Below, one piece after another: positions 1 through 9,430 of a stretch of 64,000 nt of DNA (position 1 is the first letter of the stretch; the number at the start of each line of letters is the position of its first letter). This DNA is from an uncultured Acidobacteriota bacterium (GTDB lineage Bacteria > Acidobacteriota > Thermoanaerobaculia > Multivoradales > DATKCC01): positions 64,529 to 128,528 of the forward strand of contig CAWIQD010000009.1 in assembly GCA_963837945.1 (NCBI GenBank), written 5' to 3'. A program made the translations under genes and the position numbers. The notes under the pieces were generated by a model. It worked only from the letters and a program-made list of their open reading frames with translations. It had not been told where the DNA came from and ran no database searches.

Positions 1-216
1 ACGAGGCGGCGCGGGGCGCCGGCGGCGTGGTGATCGCCACCGAGTGGAACCAGTTCCGCAGCCTCGAGTGGGGCGAGCTCGCCGAGCTCCTGGCGGAGCC
101 CCTGGTCGTCGACCTGCGGAACCTCTACAACCCGGAGAGGATGGCGGCCGCAGGCTTCCGCTACGTCTCGGTCGGGAGGCCCGAAGGCCATCCGTACGCG
201 GGAGGAGAGCGCTTGA
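1..216 (+). CDS. ugd: UDP-glucose 6-dehydrogenase, C-terminal end (5' partial; probable +1 frameshift near 180)
   Basis: [33 protein letters not shown] is the typical UDPGDH C-terminus. Removing one C near 180 gives ...[13 protein letters not shown] with TGA 214-216 overlapping the next TTG start. Confidence 0.8.
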
Positions 217-1175
217 CCACCTCGCTCGTCACCGGCGGCGCCGGCTTCCTCGGCTCCCACCTGTGCGACCGCCTCGCCTCCGAGGGACACCGCGTGATCT
301 GCGTCGACAACCTGATCACCGGCAAGCGGGCCAACGTCGCGCACCTCGCCGAGCGGGACGACTTCCGCTTCATCGAGCACGACGTCTCGAAGCCGCTCTT
401 CCTCGACGAGCCGATCGACCACGTGCTGCACTTCGCCTCTCCCGCCTCGCCGATCGACTACCTCGAGCTGCCGATCCAGACCCTCAAGGTCGGCTCGCTC
501 GGTACCCACAACAGCCTCGGCCTGGCGAAGGCCCACCGCGCCCGCTTCCTCCTCGCCTCGACCTCCGAGGTCTACGGCGACCCGCTGGTCCATCCCCAGC
601 CGGAGGATTACTGGGGCAACGTCAACCCGGTCGGGCCGCGGGGCGTCTACGACGAGGCCAAGCGCTTCGCCGAGGCGATGACCATGGCCTATCACCGGGT
701 CCACGCCCTGGAGGTGCGAATCGTCCGCATCTTCAACACCTACGGGCCGCGCATGCGGCTGCGCGACGGCCGCGTGGTGCCCGCGTTCGTCCAGCAGGCG
801 CTCCAGGACGAGCCGCTGACCGTCTTCGGCGACGGCAGCCAGACGCGCTCCTTCTGCTACGTCTCGGACCTGATCGAGGGCATCTTCCGACTGCTTCTGA
901 GCGACGTGCGCGAGCCGGTCAACGTCGGCAACCCCCACGAGATGACGATCAAGGAGTTCGCCGAGACGATCATCCGCGCCACCGGCAGCGCCTCGACCCT
1001 CGCCTTCGAGCCGCTGCCGGTCGACGACCCGAAGGTTCGCCAGCCCGACATCCGGCGCGCCCGGCGGCTGCTCGGCTGGGAGCCGCGGGTCCAGCTCGCC
1101 GAGGGCCTCGAGCAGACCGTCGCCTACTTCCGCCGGGCGCTCGAGGCAGGGGCCGCGGTGCAGCCGGCGAGCTAG
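213..1175 (+). CDS. UDP-glucuronate decarboxylase (UDP-xylose synthase family, extended SDR)
   Basis: [12 protein letters not shown] Rossmann motif, [40 protein letters not shown] at 201-207 precedes TTG 213. Confidence 0.9.
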   Translation: MTTSLVTGGAGFLGSHLCDRLASEGHRVICVDNLITGKRANVAHLAERDDFRFIEHDVSKPLFLDEPIDHVLHFASPASPIDYLELPIQTLKVGSLGTHNSLGLAKAHRARFLLASTSEVYGDPLVHPQPEDYWGNVNPVGPRGVYDEAKRFAEAMTMAYHRVHALEVRIVRIFNTYGPRMRLRDGRVVPAFVQQALQDEPLTVFGDGSQTRSFCYVSDLIEGIFRLLLSDVREPVNVGNPHEMTIKEFAETIIRATGSASTLAFEPLPVDDPKVRQPDIRRARRLLGWEPRVQLAEGLEQTVAYFRRALEAGAAVQPAS

Positions 1176-1184
1176 AATCACCCC

Positions 1185-1466
1185 ATGGACGACCGAGCCG
1201 AACGGGGCGACGCCCGCAAGACCCTGCTCTTCGCCCTCGACCACTACCCCGAGCGGATCCAGGCGATCGACCTGGCCGAGCTGGTGATCGAGAGCGCCCG
1301 CGAGAACCCGAAGCGCCCGGCCTACGTGAAGCTCGCGGTGCCCGACGACTGGGTCAAGGCCCTGCGCGGACCGCGCGAGAGCGACAACCGCTGGCTGCTG
1401 GTCGAGGTGCCCCGCGAGGTCGAGGAGCGCTCCCAGAGCTCGATCATCCTGCCCGGGGAGGTGTGA
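1185..1466 (+). CDS. hypothetical protein (93 aa)
   Basis: Good GC3 bias; TAGAAT at 1173-1178 lies 6 nt before the ATG; the stop overlaps the next ATG. Confidence 0.7.
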   Translation: MDDRAERGDARKTLLFALDHYPERIQAIDLAELVIESARENPKRPAYVKLAVPDDWVKALRGPRESDNRWLLVEVPREVEERSQSSIILPGEV

Positions 1467-1726
1467 TGAGCGCGACCGTCGAGTGCAGCCGCTGCGGGCG
1501 GACCGCCGCCGCCCTGTCCCGGCCCCCGTACGCCGGCGAGCTCGGCCGGCAGCTCCAGGAGCGCGTCTGCGCCGACTGCTGGGCGGAGTGGCAGCGCATG
1601 GAAGTCATGGTGATCAACGAGCTGCGCCTGAACTTCATGGACCCCGGGTCGATGGACGTGCTCGCCGAACAGGTCCGGAAGTTCTTCGGGCTCGACGCTC
1701 CGGAGGGCGCCGGCTCCCCCAGTTGA
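1466..1726 (+). CDS. Fe(II)-trafficking / oxidative damage protection protein (YggX family)
   Basis: MSATVECSRC..PPYAGELG..VCADCWAEW..VINELRLN matches the YggX pattern; TGATG coupling with the upstream gene. Confidence 0.85.
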   Translation: MSATVECSRCGRTAAALSRPPYAGELGRQLQERVCADCWAEWQRMEVMVINELRLNFMDPGSMDVLAEQVRKFFGLDAPEGAGSPS

Positions 1727-2841
1727 CCGCGCGGTCCGGCCCTCCTCCGAGCGCCCGGCCGACCCTTCGTCGCGAGCACGCCACGTTGCCCATCGATCCG
1801 GTCGTCATGGAGGGCCTCGCCGCCTGGCGGCGCTCGGACTATCACGGCGCCCGGACGGCCTGGGAAGACCCGGCCGCCGAGACCTCGGGCGACCACCACG
1901 CCCTGCTCTCGGCCCTGGCCGACCTCGCCGGCTCCCTGGAGCGCCAGGGCGCGGGCCACGCCCAGGCGGCGAGCCATCTTCTCGGCGCCACGCGCGACCG
2001 CCTGGCCGAGCTGCCGGCGCAGGTCCTCGGCGTGGACGTCGACCGGCTGCGCGCCGAGCTGCCGGCCGACCCGGCCGCCGCGCTCGCCTCGCCCCCGACG
2101 CTGCGCCCGGTGCGCGCCATCCCGCCCTGGGCCGTGGGGCGCTTCGTCCTGTTCCTCCTGCTCCTCGCCTCGGGCTTCCTGATCCTGCGCTACACGCCGT
2201 TGGGGTCGCGGCTCAACGCCTTCCTCGACCAGGACCGCCTCGAAGCCGTGCGGGCGAGCCTGCGCGCGCACTGGTGGACGGCGCCCGCGCTGCTCGGGCT
2301 CTACTCGGTCCTCGCCCCGCTCGGCGCACCGGTCAGCCCGCTGATGCTCGCCGGCGGCGCGATCTTCGGCGTGCTCTGGGGCTCGGTGCTGAACTTCCTC
2401 GGCACGTTCATCGGCGGGGCGCTCAGCTTCTACCTCGCCCGCTGGCTGGGCCGCGACTTCGTCGCCCACCTGGTCGGCGAGCGGCTGCGCCGGGTCGAGC
2501 GGCTGGTCGCGCGGCGCGGGTTCTGGCCCCTGGTGCGCATCCGGTTCCTGCCCATCCCGTTCCCGGTGGTCAACTATGGCGCCGCCCTGGCGGGGGTCCC
2601 GGCGGCGCTGTTCCTGCTCACCACCGGCCTCGGGCTGATCCCGGCCAACATCGTCTTCACCTACCTCTCGGCCTCCCTCGTCGACGCCGTCGAAGGGGAC
2701 CGGGCGGGGATCATCCTGCGGGTCGCGCTGTCGGTCGCCGGACTGCTGGTGCTCTCGTTCCTGCCCAACGTCCTGGTCGGCCGGCAGCGCCGCAAGCGCT
2801 ACCGCGAGCTCGTCGCGCAGAGGCGAAACCGAGCCGGCTGA
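1723..2841 (+). CDS. DUF309-like N-terminal domain fused to a VTT (DedA/TVP38-TMEM64) membrane domain; start uncertain (TTG 1723 or ATG 1807)
   Basis: C-terminal half has LAGGAIFG..FYLARWLGR..RFLPIPFPVVNYGAAL. N-terminal half has DUF309-like helices ending in GVDVDRL. Confidence 0.75.
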   Translation: MTARSGPPPSARPTLRREHATLPIDPVVMEGLAAWRRSDYHGARTAWEDPAAETSGDHHALLSALADLAGSLERQGAGHAQAASHLLGATRDRLAELPAQVLGVDVDRLRAELPADPAAALASPPTLRPVRAIPPWAVGRFVLFLLLLASGFLILRYTPLGSRLNAFLDQDRLEAVRASLRAHWWTAPALLGLYSVLAPLGAPVSPLMLAGGAIFGVLWGSVLNFLGTFIGGALSFYLARWLGRDFVAHLVGERLRRVERLVARRGFWPLVRIRFLPIPFPVVNYGAALAGVPAALFLLTTGLGLIPANIVFTYLSASLVDAVEGDRAGIILRVALSVAGLLVLSFLPNVLVGRQRRKRYRELVAQRRNRAG

Positions 2842-2849
2842 AGAAGGAT

Positions 2850-3037
2850 CTCGGCCCGGAGGAACCGCTCGCTGCATGCCGAATGGATCGCCCGGCCGAG
2901 ACGGAGCTCGGCCCGGAAGAACCGCTCGCTGCATGCCGAACGGATCGCCCGGCCGAGACGGAGCTCGGCCGCTTCATCCGGGATTGCCTTCGCCGATCGT
3001 CTCAGGCCATGAAGCGGCCGAGCTCCGTCTCGGCCGG
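2850..3037. repeat. REP-like cluster: two 57-bp tandem units plus a perfect 29-bp inverted repeat (2949-2977 / 3009-3037)
   Basis: Core GGCCGAGACGGAGCTCGGCC at 2894 and 2951, and inverted at 3016; lies between convergent genes. Confidence 0.9.
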
Positions 3038-3128
3038 CCAGGCGGCCCAACCGGCACCGAGCCCTCCCGCGGAGGCACACCCCGGGCACTCTCCGCGCTG
3101 CGACCGTCAGTCCGAGCTCCGCCAGGTC

Positions 3129-4260
3129 TCACCCTTCGAGAGCTTCCTTGACGTCCTCCTCGTCGATCAGCAGGGCGCCCTGGTTCACCGCGCGCGAGGC
3201 CGCGGGATCGAACTCGTGGTCGCGGATCACCCGCCGGAAGACCTCCTTCAGCGCTCGCGCCCCGAGCCTCGGCTGACGGGCCGCCTGGAGCGCGATCCGG
3301 CGCACCGCCGCCGGCGACAGGGCGAGCCGGATCCCCTGGCTGTCGAAGTACTCCCGCGTCTGGCGCAGGCCCGACTCCGGGCTCTCGAGAAAGATCTTGG
3401 TGAGCTCCTCGACCCCCAGGTCCTCGAGCAGCACCACGGCGTCGAAGCGGGACAGGAACTGCGGCGTCATGCCGTAGTCGAAGAGGTCCTCGTTGCGCAG
3501 CCAGTCGCGCAGCCGGAAGATCTCCTCGCGCCGGACCTTGCCGCCTTCGACCACCGTCACCGGCTGCAGGGCGCCCCGGTCGCGGCCGATGGTCACCCGG
3601 TCGTAGACCGCGTCGTACAGGCCCTCGAAGGCGCCCGCGCAGACGAAGAGCAGGCCGCTCGAGTCGAAGGTGGCGGTGCCGCCGCCCGCCCACGGCGGCA
3701 TCTCGACCTGCACCGCCTCGTTCTCGATCAGGGTGAGCAGGGCCTCCTGGGCGCGGATGCCCTCGACGTTCGGGCGCTCGCCCACGTGGGAGCGGATCTT
3801 GTCCACCTCGTCGACGAAGACGAGAGCGCGCGAGGCGCGGGCGAGAAGCTCCGCCGGCTTGCGGCGCGCCGCCTCGTCCGATCCGAGCTCCTCGCGCACC
3901 CGGTCGAGCAGCCGGTCGACGACCGCCTGCCCGGGTCGCCCCCGCCGCGCCTCCTCGGCCAGCACGTTGGCGTGCAGCCGCACGACCGTCGAGCGGGCCT
4001 CGAGCTCCGGCCGCGAGGCCAGGAGCCGCTCGACCGCGCGCATGAGCGTGGTCTTGCCGGTCCCCGAGGAGCCGATCATCAGGATGTTGCCGGTCGCGAG
4101 GCCCGCCAGGTGCTTGGCGAGCGCGATCGCCATCTCGCGGATCGCCGCCTCCTGCCCGATCACCCGAGAGCGAAGCGCCTCGGCGATCTCCGCCGGTGGA
4201 GGGGTCTTTGGACGAAGAGGGGGTCGAGGTCGTGAGCGGAAGCAAGGTGTCGGAAGCCAT
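3129..4260 (-). CDS. divergent ClpX-like AAA+ ATPase (true start probably ATG 4260, with a frameshift near 4208)
   Basis: VIGQE, Walker A GSSGTGKT, Walker B FVDEVDK, FVCAGAFEGL, FLSRF, GARAL. TACAAT lies 5 nt upstream of ATG 4260. Confidence 0.8.
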
Positions 4261-4292
4261 CCCACATTGTAACCGTTCGGTGCCCGCCCACC

Positions 4293-4950
4293 GATCGCCC
4301 GGCCGAGGCAGAGCTCGGCCCGGGAACCGGGTGCGCGGCCGGAATGGGGTCGCCTCCGGCGGACCGTTCGGTGCCGAGCGCAAGGATCGCCCGGCCGAGG
4401 CAGAGCTCGGCCGCTTCATGGGGGATTGCAGATCGTCACGGGGATCGGACGTCGGGGGGATCGGACGCCGAGGAGTCCGACCCCGCCGATCCATCCCTCC
4501 CCCCTCCGCGGCGGAGCGCACCGCCCCAACCACCGAGGGGCAGCCCGCGGGGCGGGTGGTTTCTCGCCGGCGCAGTTTGCCGCCGAGAAAGCCATCCGCC
4601 CCGCGGGCGTTGGGGTCGCCTCCGGCGGGATGTTCGGTGCTGAATGCCAGGATCGCCCGGCCGAGGCAGAGCTCGGCCCGGGAACCGGGGTGCGCGGCCG
4701 GAATGGGATCGCCTCCGGCGGACCGTTCGGTGCCGAGCGCAAGGGTCGCCCGGCCGAGGCAGAGCTCGGCCGCTTCATGGGGGATTGCAGATCGTCACCG
4801 GGATCGGACGCCGGGGAGTCCGACCCCGCCGATCCACCCCTCCCCTCCCTAGGCCGGGGTCATCGCCCCAATTACCGAGGGGGCAGCCCGCGGGGCGGGT
4901 GGTTTCTCGCCGGCGCAGTTTGCCGCCGAGAAAGCCACCCGCCCCGGGGC
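4293..4950. repeat. composite tandem duplication (about 4293-4608 and 4651-4950) of REP-like palindromes and a 66-nt hairpin
   Basis: REP cores at 4301, 4393, 4659 and 4752; hairpin GCGGGGCGGGTGGTTTCTCG..CGAGAAAGCCAYCCGCCCCG at 4543-4608 and 4886-4950. Confidence 0.9.
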
Positions 4951-5020
4951 GTGAGCCACGCACCGCCCCACACCGCCGGGGCGTTGGCGAAGCCCGCCCC
5001 GATTCGATAGATTCCAGGCC

Positions 5021-6070
5021 ATGCCACCGAGCCCGTCCTCACCCTCTGTCCTCTCTTCTGCTCTCAGTCCTCGAATCCCGCTCCGCGCTCAAGCCGCCCC
5101 CCCGGCCGCCCCGACCCTCGACCAGGCCCAGCACCTCCTCGACACCGGCAAGCCCCAGGAAGCCCTCGACCTCCTCGCCCCCGTCCTGCGCCGCCACCGC
5201 GACGACCCCCGCGCCCTCCTGCTGCGCTCCACCGCCCGCTTCATGCTCGGCGACACCGACGGCGGTCGGGCCGACCTCGACCGCTCGATCCAGCTCGACC
5301 CGGCTCAGCGCCAGGCCTGGCTCAACCGCGCCGGCCTCGAGATCGCCGAGGGCAGCTACGACCAAGCCCTCCAAGCCCTCGCCAAGGCGCGCACGCTCGA
5401 CCCGACCAACTCCGACAACGACCTCAACACGGGGGCCGTGCTCCTGCTCCAGGGACGGCTGTCGGAGGCCACGGCGCGGTTCCGCAGCTACCTCGAGGCG
5501 GCGCCCGACCAGGCCGCGGCCCACTACCTGGTCGCCACCAACTACGCCGGCCGCGGCTACGCCCGGCTGGCGGTCGAGACCCTGCGCAGCGCGGTCGAGA
5601 TCGACGAGCTCTATCGGCTCCGCGCGCGGACCGATCCCAACTTCGACGGGGTCGCCGACTCGCCCGAGCTCCAGGCGCTCCTCGAAGCCTCGCCGGCACG
5701 CCCGCCGGCCGACCACCGCGTCGCGCGCCAGGCCTTTCCGACCCCGTACGCCGGCGGCCAGGGACTGCTCCTGAGCGCCGTGCTCGAGGCCCTCCACCAG
5801 ATCGGAGCCACCTTCGACCCGCGGGTCGAGGTGGCCACCGGCTGGGCCCTGATCCACGGGCTCCTGCGCATCCAGCTCTACGACCGGCCCGGCGGGGCGG
5901 CCGGCGCCTCGGAGGGCGTCGTCCAGGTGTCGGCACCGCCGGACGCGTTCGATGCCGAGGCGTGGCACCAGCGCACCGACCAGCTCTACCAGGCGATCGA
6001 GCTCGCCTTGCTGAGGCGCCAGCGGACCGGCGCGCCGCCCCCCAAGGAGCCGCTGCCGCCAGGGGCCTGA
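5021..6070 (+). CDS. tetratricopeptide repeat protein
   Basis: Several TPR-like helical repeats and an ARTDPNFDGV TPR-end motif; TAGATT lies 7 nt upstream. Confidence 0.75.
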   Translation: MPPSPSSPSVLSSALSPRIPLRAQAAPPAAPTLDQAQHLLDTGKPQEALDLLAPVLRRHRDDPRALLLRSTARFMLGDTDGGRADLDRSIQLDPAQRQAWLNRAGLEIAEGSYDQALQALAKARTLDPTNSDNDLNTGAVLLLQGRLSEATARFRSYLEAAPDQAAAHYLVATNYAGRGYARLAVETLRSAVEIDELYRLRARTDPNFDGVADSPELQALLEASPARPPADHRVARQAFPTPYAGGQGLLLSAVLEALHQIGATFDPRVEVATGWALIHGLLRIQLYDRPGGAAGASEGVVQVSAPPDAFDAEAWHQRTDQLYQAIELALLRRQRTGAPPPKEPLPPGA

Positions 6071-6322
6071 CCGGCACCACCACGATCCAGCCGATCCAGC
6101 TCCTTGGACCGGGAGCCCATAGGGGTTATGCAGGCCCCTCCCAGGCCCGCAACCGGCCCGAGCGGTAGAGAACGCTCCTTCCCGACCCCGCCCTCCGACC
6201 CGGAGGACTCATACGATCTATGCTCTATCGACGGTCGGCGGCCTGCCGGCGAGCTCGGGCGAGTCGTTCCATCCGACTGATTTCAAGCAGCTTAAGCCCT
6301 CTCCCGCGGCTCGCGGCCGAGT

Positions 6323-6338
6323 TGGCATAGCCGTTGCG
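6323..6338 (+). promoter_or_regulatory. putative sigma54 (-24/-12) promoter
   Basis: TGGCATAGCCGTTGCG = GG-N10-GC, about 165 nt upstream of the multiheme gene. Confidence 0.55.
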
Positions 6339-6501
6339 CGGGAGTCGAGCCACGGCGAAATCCTGGCGACGCGCCTCCGGTGGGTCTCCGGGCGGACGGA
6401 GGGGACGGCTGCGGTAGACTGGCCCTTCGCACCCGTACCGAAGCAGCCCCCGGAGCCGCCGGTCCGGCCCGGACACTCGACTTTTTCCCCTGCGAAACCC
6501 G

Positions 6502-9358
6502 ATGCGTCTCGACACCCACCGTCTCCTCGCTCTCTCCGGCGCCCTGCTGGTCGCCAACAGCGCGTACCTCGCCGCTTCCGGCGACCCGCGGCCGCTCTAC
6601 TTCTTCAGCCTCCTGGCCCACCTCGGTCTGGGCCTGGTGGCCGCGGCGCTCTTCCTGCCCTGGTGGTGGCGGCGCCGCGGCGAGCGGCTGCTCTTCGCCT
6701 CCGGCGCCGCGCTGGTCGCCTCGGGGCTGGTGGCGGTGGCCCTGCTCGCCGTCGGCAACCGGCGGCCCACCTACTTCCTGGTGCCGGTCCACTGGGGGTT
6801 GGCGCTCGCCGGCCTGGTGGGGATCGCGGCCTGGGGGCTCGCGCGGCGCGGGGGACGGGCCTGGGACCTGGCGGCGGTGGGCCTGGCGCTCGCCGTCGTC
6901 CTGCCGGCGGCCGCCGTCGTCTACCAGCGCCGGCACCCCGACCCGAAGAGCGTGGTCGTCAACACCCCCGCGCCGGTGAGCATGGACCAGGAGGCGATGG
7001 GCGGGCCCGGCGGCCCCTACTTCCCGTCCTCGGTCTCCAACAGCCACGGCGGCCTGGTGCCGTCGTCGATCTACATGGACCCGCAGAGCTGCGGGCGCTC
7101 CGGGTGCCACCCGGACATCCTCGACCAGTGGAACAGCTCGGCGCACCACCGCGGGAGCTTCAACAACCAGTGGTACCGGAAATCCGTCGAGTACATGCAG
7201 GACGTGGTCGGCGTCCAGCCTTCGAAGTGGTGCGGCGGGTGCCACGACCCGGCGATCCTCCAGTCCGGGATGATGGACACGCCGATCGAGAAGATCGTCG
7301 ACACGCCGCAGGCGCAGGCCGGGATCACCTGCACGGCGTGCCACATGATCTCCGAGATCCACAACACGATGGGCAACGGGAACTACGAGATCACCCTCCC
7401 GCCGCTCCACGGCCTGGCGACCAACAAGAACCCCATGCTCTCCGGGCTCCACGACTTCCTGGTGCGCATGGACCCCGAGCCCCACCGCCGGACCTTCATC
7501 AAGCCGTTCTTCAGCGGGGCCGACGTCCCCAAGATGTGCTCCGCCTGTCACAAGGTGCACCTCGACGTGCCGGTCAACCACTACCGCTGGTTCCGCGGCT
7601 TCGACGAATACGACGCCTGGCAGGCGAGCGGCGTCTCCGGCTTCGGCGCCCGCTCCTTCTATTACCCGCCGAGCCCGAAGTCCTGCCCCGACTGCCACAT
7701 GCCGCGGGTCGTCTCGGACGACGCCGGCAACGTCGACGGGATGGTCCACTCGCACCGCTTCCCCGCCGCCAACACCGCCCTGCCCTTCGCCTACCACGAC
7801 CAGACCCAGCTCGATCAGGTGGTCGAGTTCCTCCAGGCGAACCAGGTGAGCGTCGACATCTTCGCCATGACCCGGGGCCGCGAGCCGGAGACCGGGAGAG
7901 AGAGCCGGGGCCTCGAGACCGAGGGGCCGGCCCTCTCCACCACCTCCACCGTCGGCGAGGAGACCGGGATCGCCGTGGGCTCGGGCCTGGGCGCCGCGCC
8001 GCGCGGCCCGGCCGAGCCGGTCTACGCCCCCCTCGACCGGATCCCCGCCACCGTGCGCCGGGGCGACTCGACGCGCATCGACGTGGTGGTGCGCACCCGC
8101 GGCGTGGGCCACGCCTTCCCCGGCGGCACCATCGACGCCGCCGACTGCTGGGTCGAGCTCAAGGCGACCGACTCGGCGGGCAAGACGGTCTTCTGGAGCG
8201 GCATGGCCGACGAGTCGGCGCCGGTCGACAAGGGCGCCCACTTCTACCGCGCCCTGCTGATCGACGAGCACGGCAACCCGATCGACAAGAGAAACGCCTG
8301 GGCGACGCGGGCCGTGATCTACGCCCAGGCGATCCCGCCCGGGGCGGCGGACACCGTCCGTTTCCGGCTGCACGTCCCGCCGGACGCCGCCGACACCATC
8401 CACCTCGAGGCGCGGCTCGACTATCGGAAGTTCTCGTACGACAACACCCGGTACGCCTACTCCGGGCTGCCGCCGGAGGGCGAGAGGGACCTGGTGACCC
8501 CGGCCTACGACGACCGGGGCCTGCGCTACGAGGTCGACCCGAGCCGGATCTCCGGCCCCACCAAGACGGTGCCCGAGCTGCCCATCGTGGTCATGGCCCA
8601 GGACACCCAGGACCTCCACGTGATCGACGCCGGGTCGCCGGTGCCCGACATGACGCACCCGGCCGAGAAGCCCGACGTCGACCGCGAGCGCTGGAACGAC
8701 TACGGCATCGGCTTCCTGCGCCAGGGGGACCTGCGCAGCGCACGCCTGGCCTTCACCCGGGTGACCGAGCTCCAGCCCGGCTACGTCGACGGCTGGGTGA
8801 ACCTCGGCCGGGTGGCGGTGGCCGAAGGCGCGCTCGACGAGGCCCGGCAGGGTGCTCGGCAAGGCGCTCGAGATCGAGCCGAAGCTGCCCCGCGCGCACT
8901 ACTTCCTCGGCCTGGTCGACAAGGAGAGGGGCGAGTACGACTCCGCGCTCGAGCACCTGCGGACCACCGCCGCCAAGTATCCCTACGACCGGGTGGTGCG
9001 CAACCAGATCGGCCGCGTCCTCTTCCTGCGCCACGACTACCGCGCGGCGGTCGACGAGCTCCAGAAGGTGCTCGACATCGACCCCGAGGACCTGATGGCG
9101 CATTACACGCTGATGCTCGCCTACCGCGGGCTGGGCGACCTCGAGAGCTCCCACCACGAGCAGGCGCTCTACGAGCGCTTCAAGGCGGACGAGCCCTCCC
9201 AGGAGCTGACCCGCGTCTACCGCGAGACCCACCCCGAGGACAACAACGAGCGCCAGGCGATCCACGAGCACGGCTCGCCGAGCCGCCAGGAGATCCGAAC
9301 CTTCCTCGCCGCGCACGGCGACCAGAAGGTGATCGGGATCACCGCTGGCGGCGGCTAG
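6502..9358 (+). CDS. membrane-anchored multiheme c-type cytochrome with C-terminal TPR repeats (+1 frameshift near 8851)
   Basis: About 5 N-terminal TM helices; CGRSGCH, CGGCH, CTACH, CSACH, CPDCH. The TPRs continue in ORF 8852-9358 after an extra G in CAGGGTG. Confidence 0.85.
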
Positions 9359-9430
9359 ACCGCCGGCCGCGGCCCCGCGTCGAAACCTCGATCCCGTCGA
9401 ATTCCAGCCGAGACCCAGCGAACGACCATC

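Noticed and set aside
27-1175. Apparent in-frame fusion of UDP-glucose dehydrogenase and UDP-GlcA decarboxylase
   Set aside because: There is an internal SD and TTG at 213, and an alternative-frame TGA (214-216) overlaps that start. One extra C near 180 explains the fusion in an indel-prone assembly.
2850-4950. Repeat clusters as a possible CRISPR array
   Set aside because: The spacers are themselves duplicated, orientation is mixed, spacing is irregular and there are no cas genes.
6340-6470. Possible c-di-GMP-I riboswitch upstream of the multiheme gene
   Set aside because: Only fragmentary resemblance; I could not build the P2/P3 stems or the tetraloop-receptor pairing.
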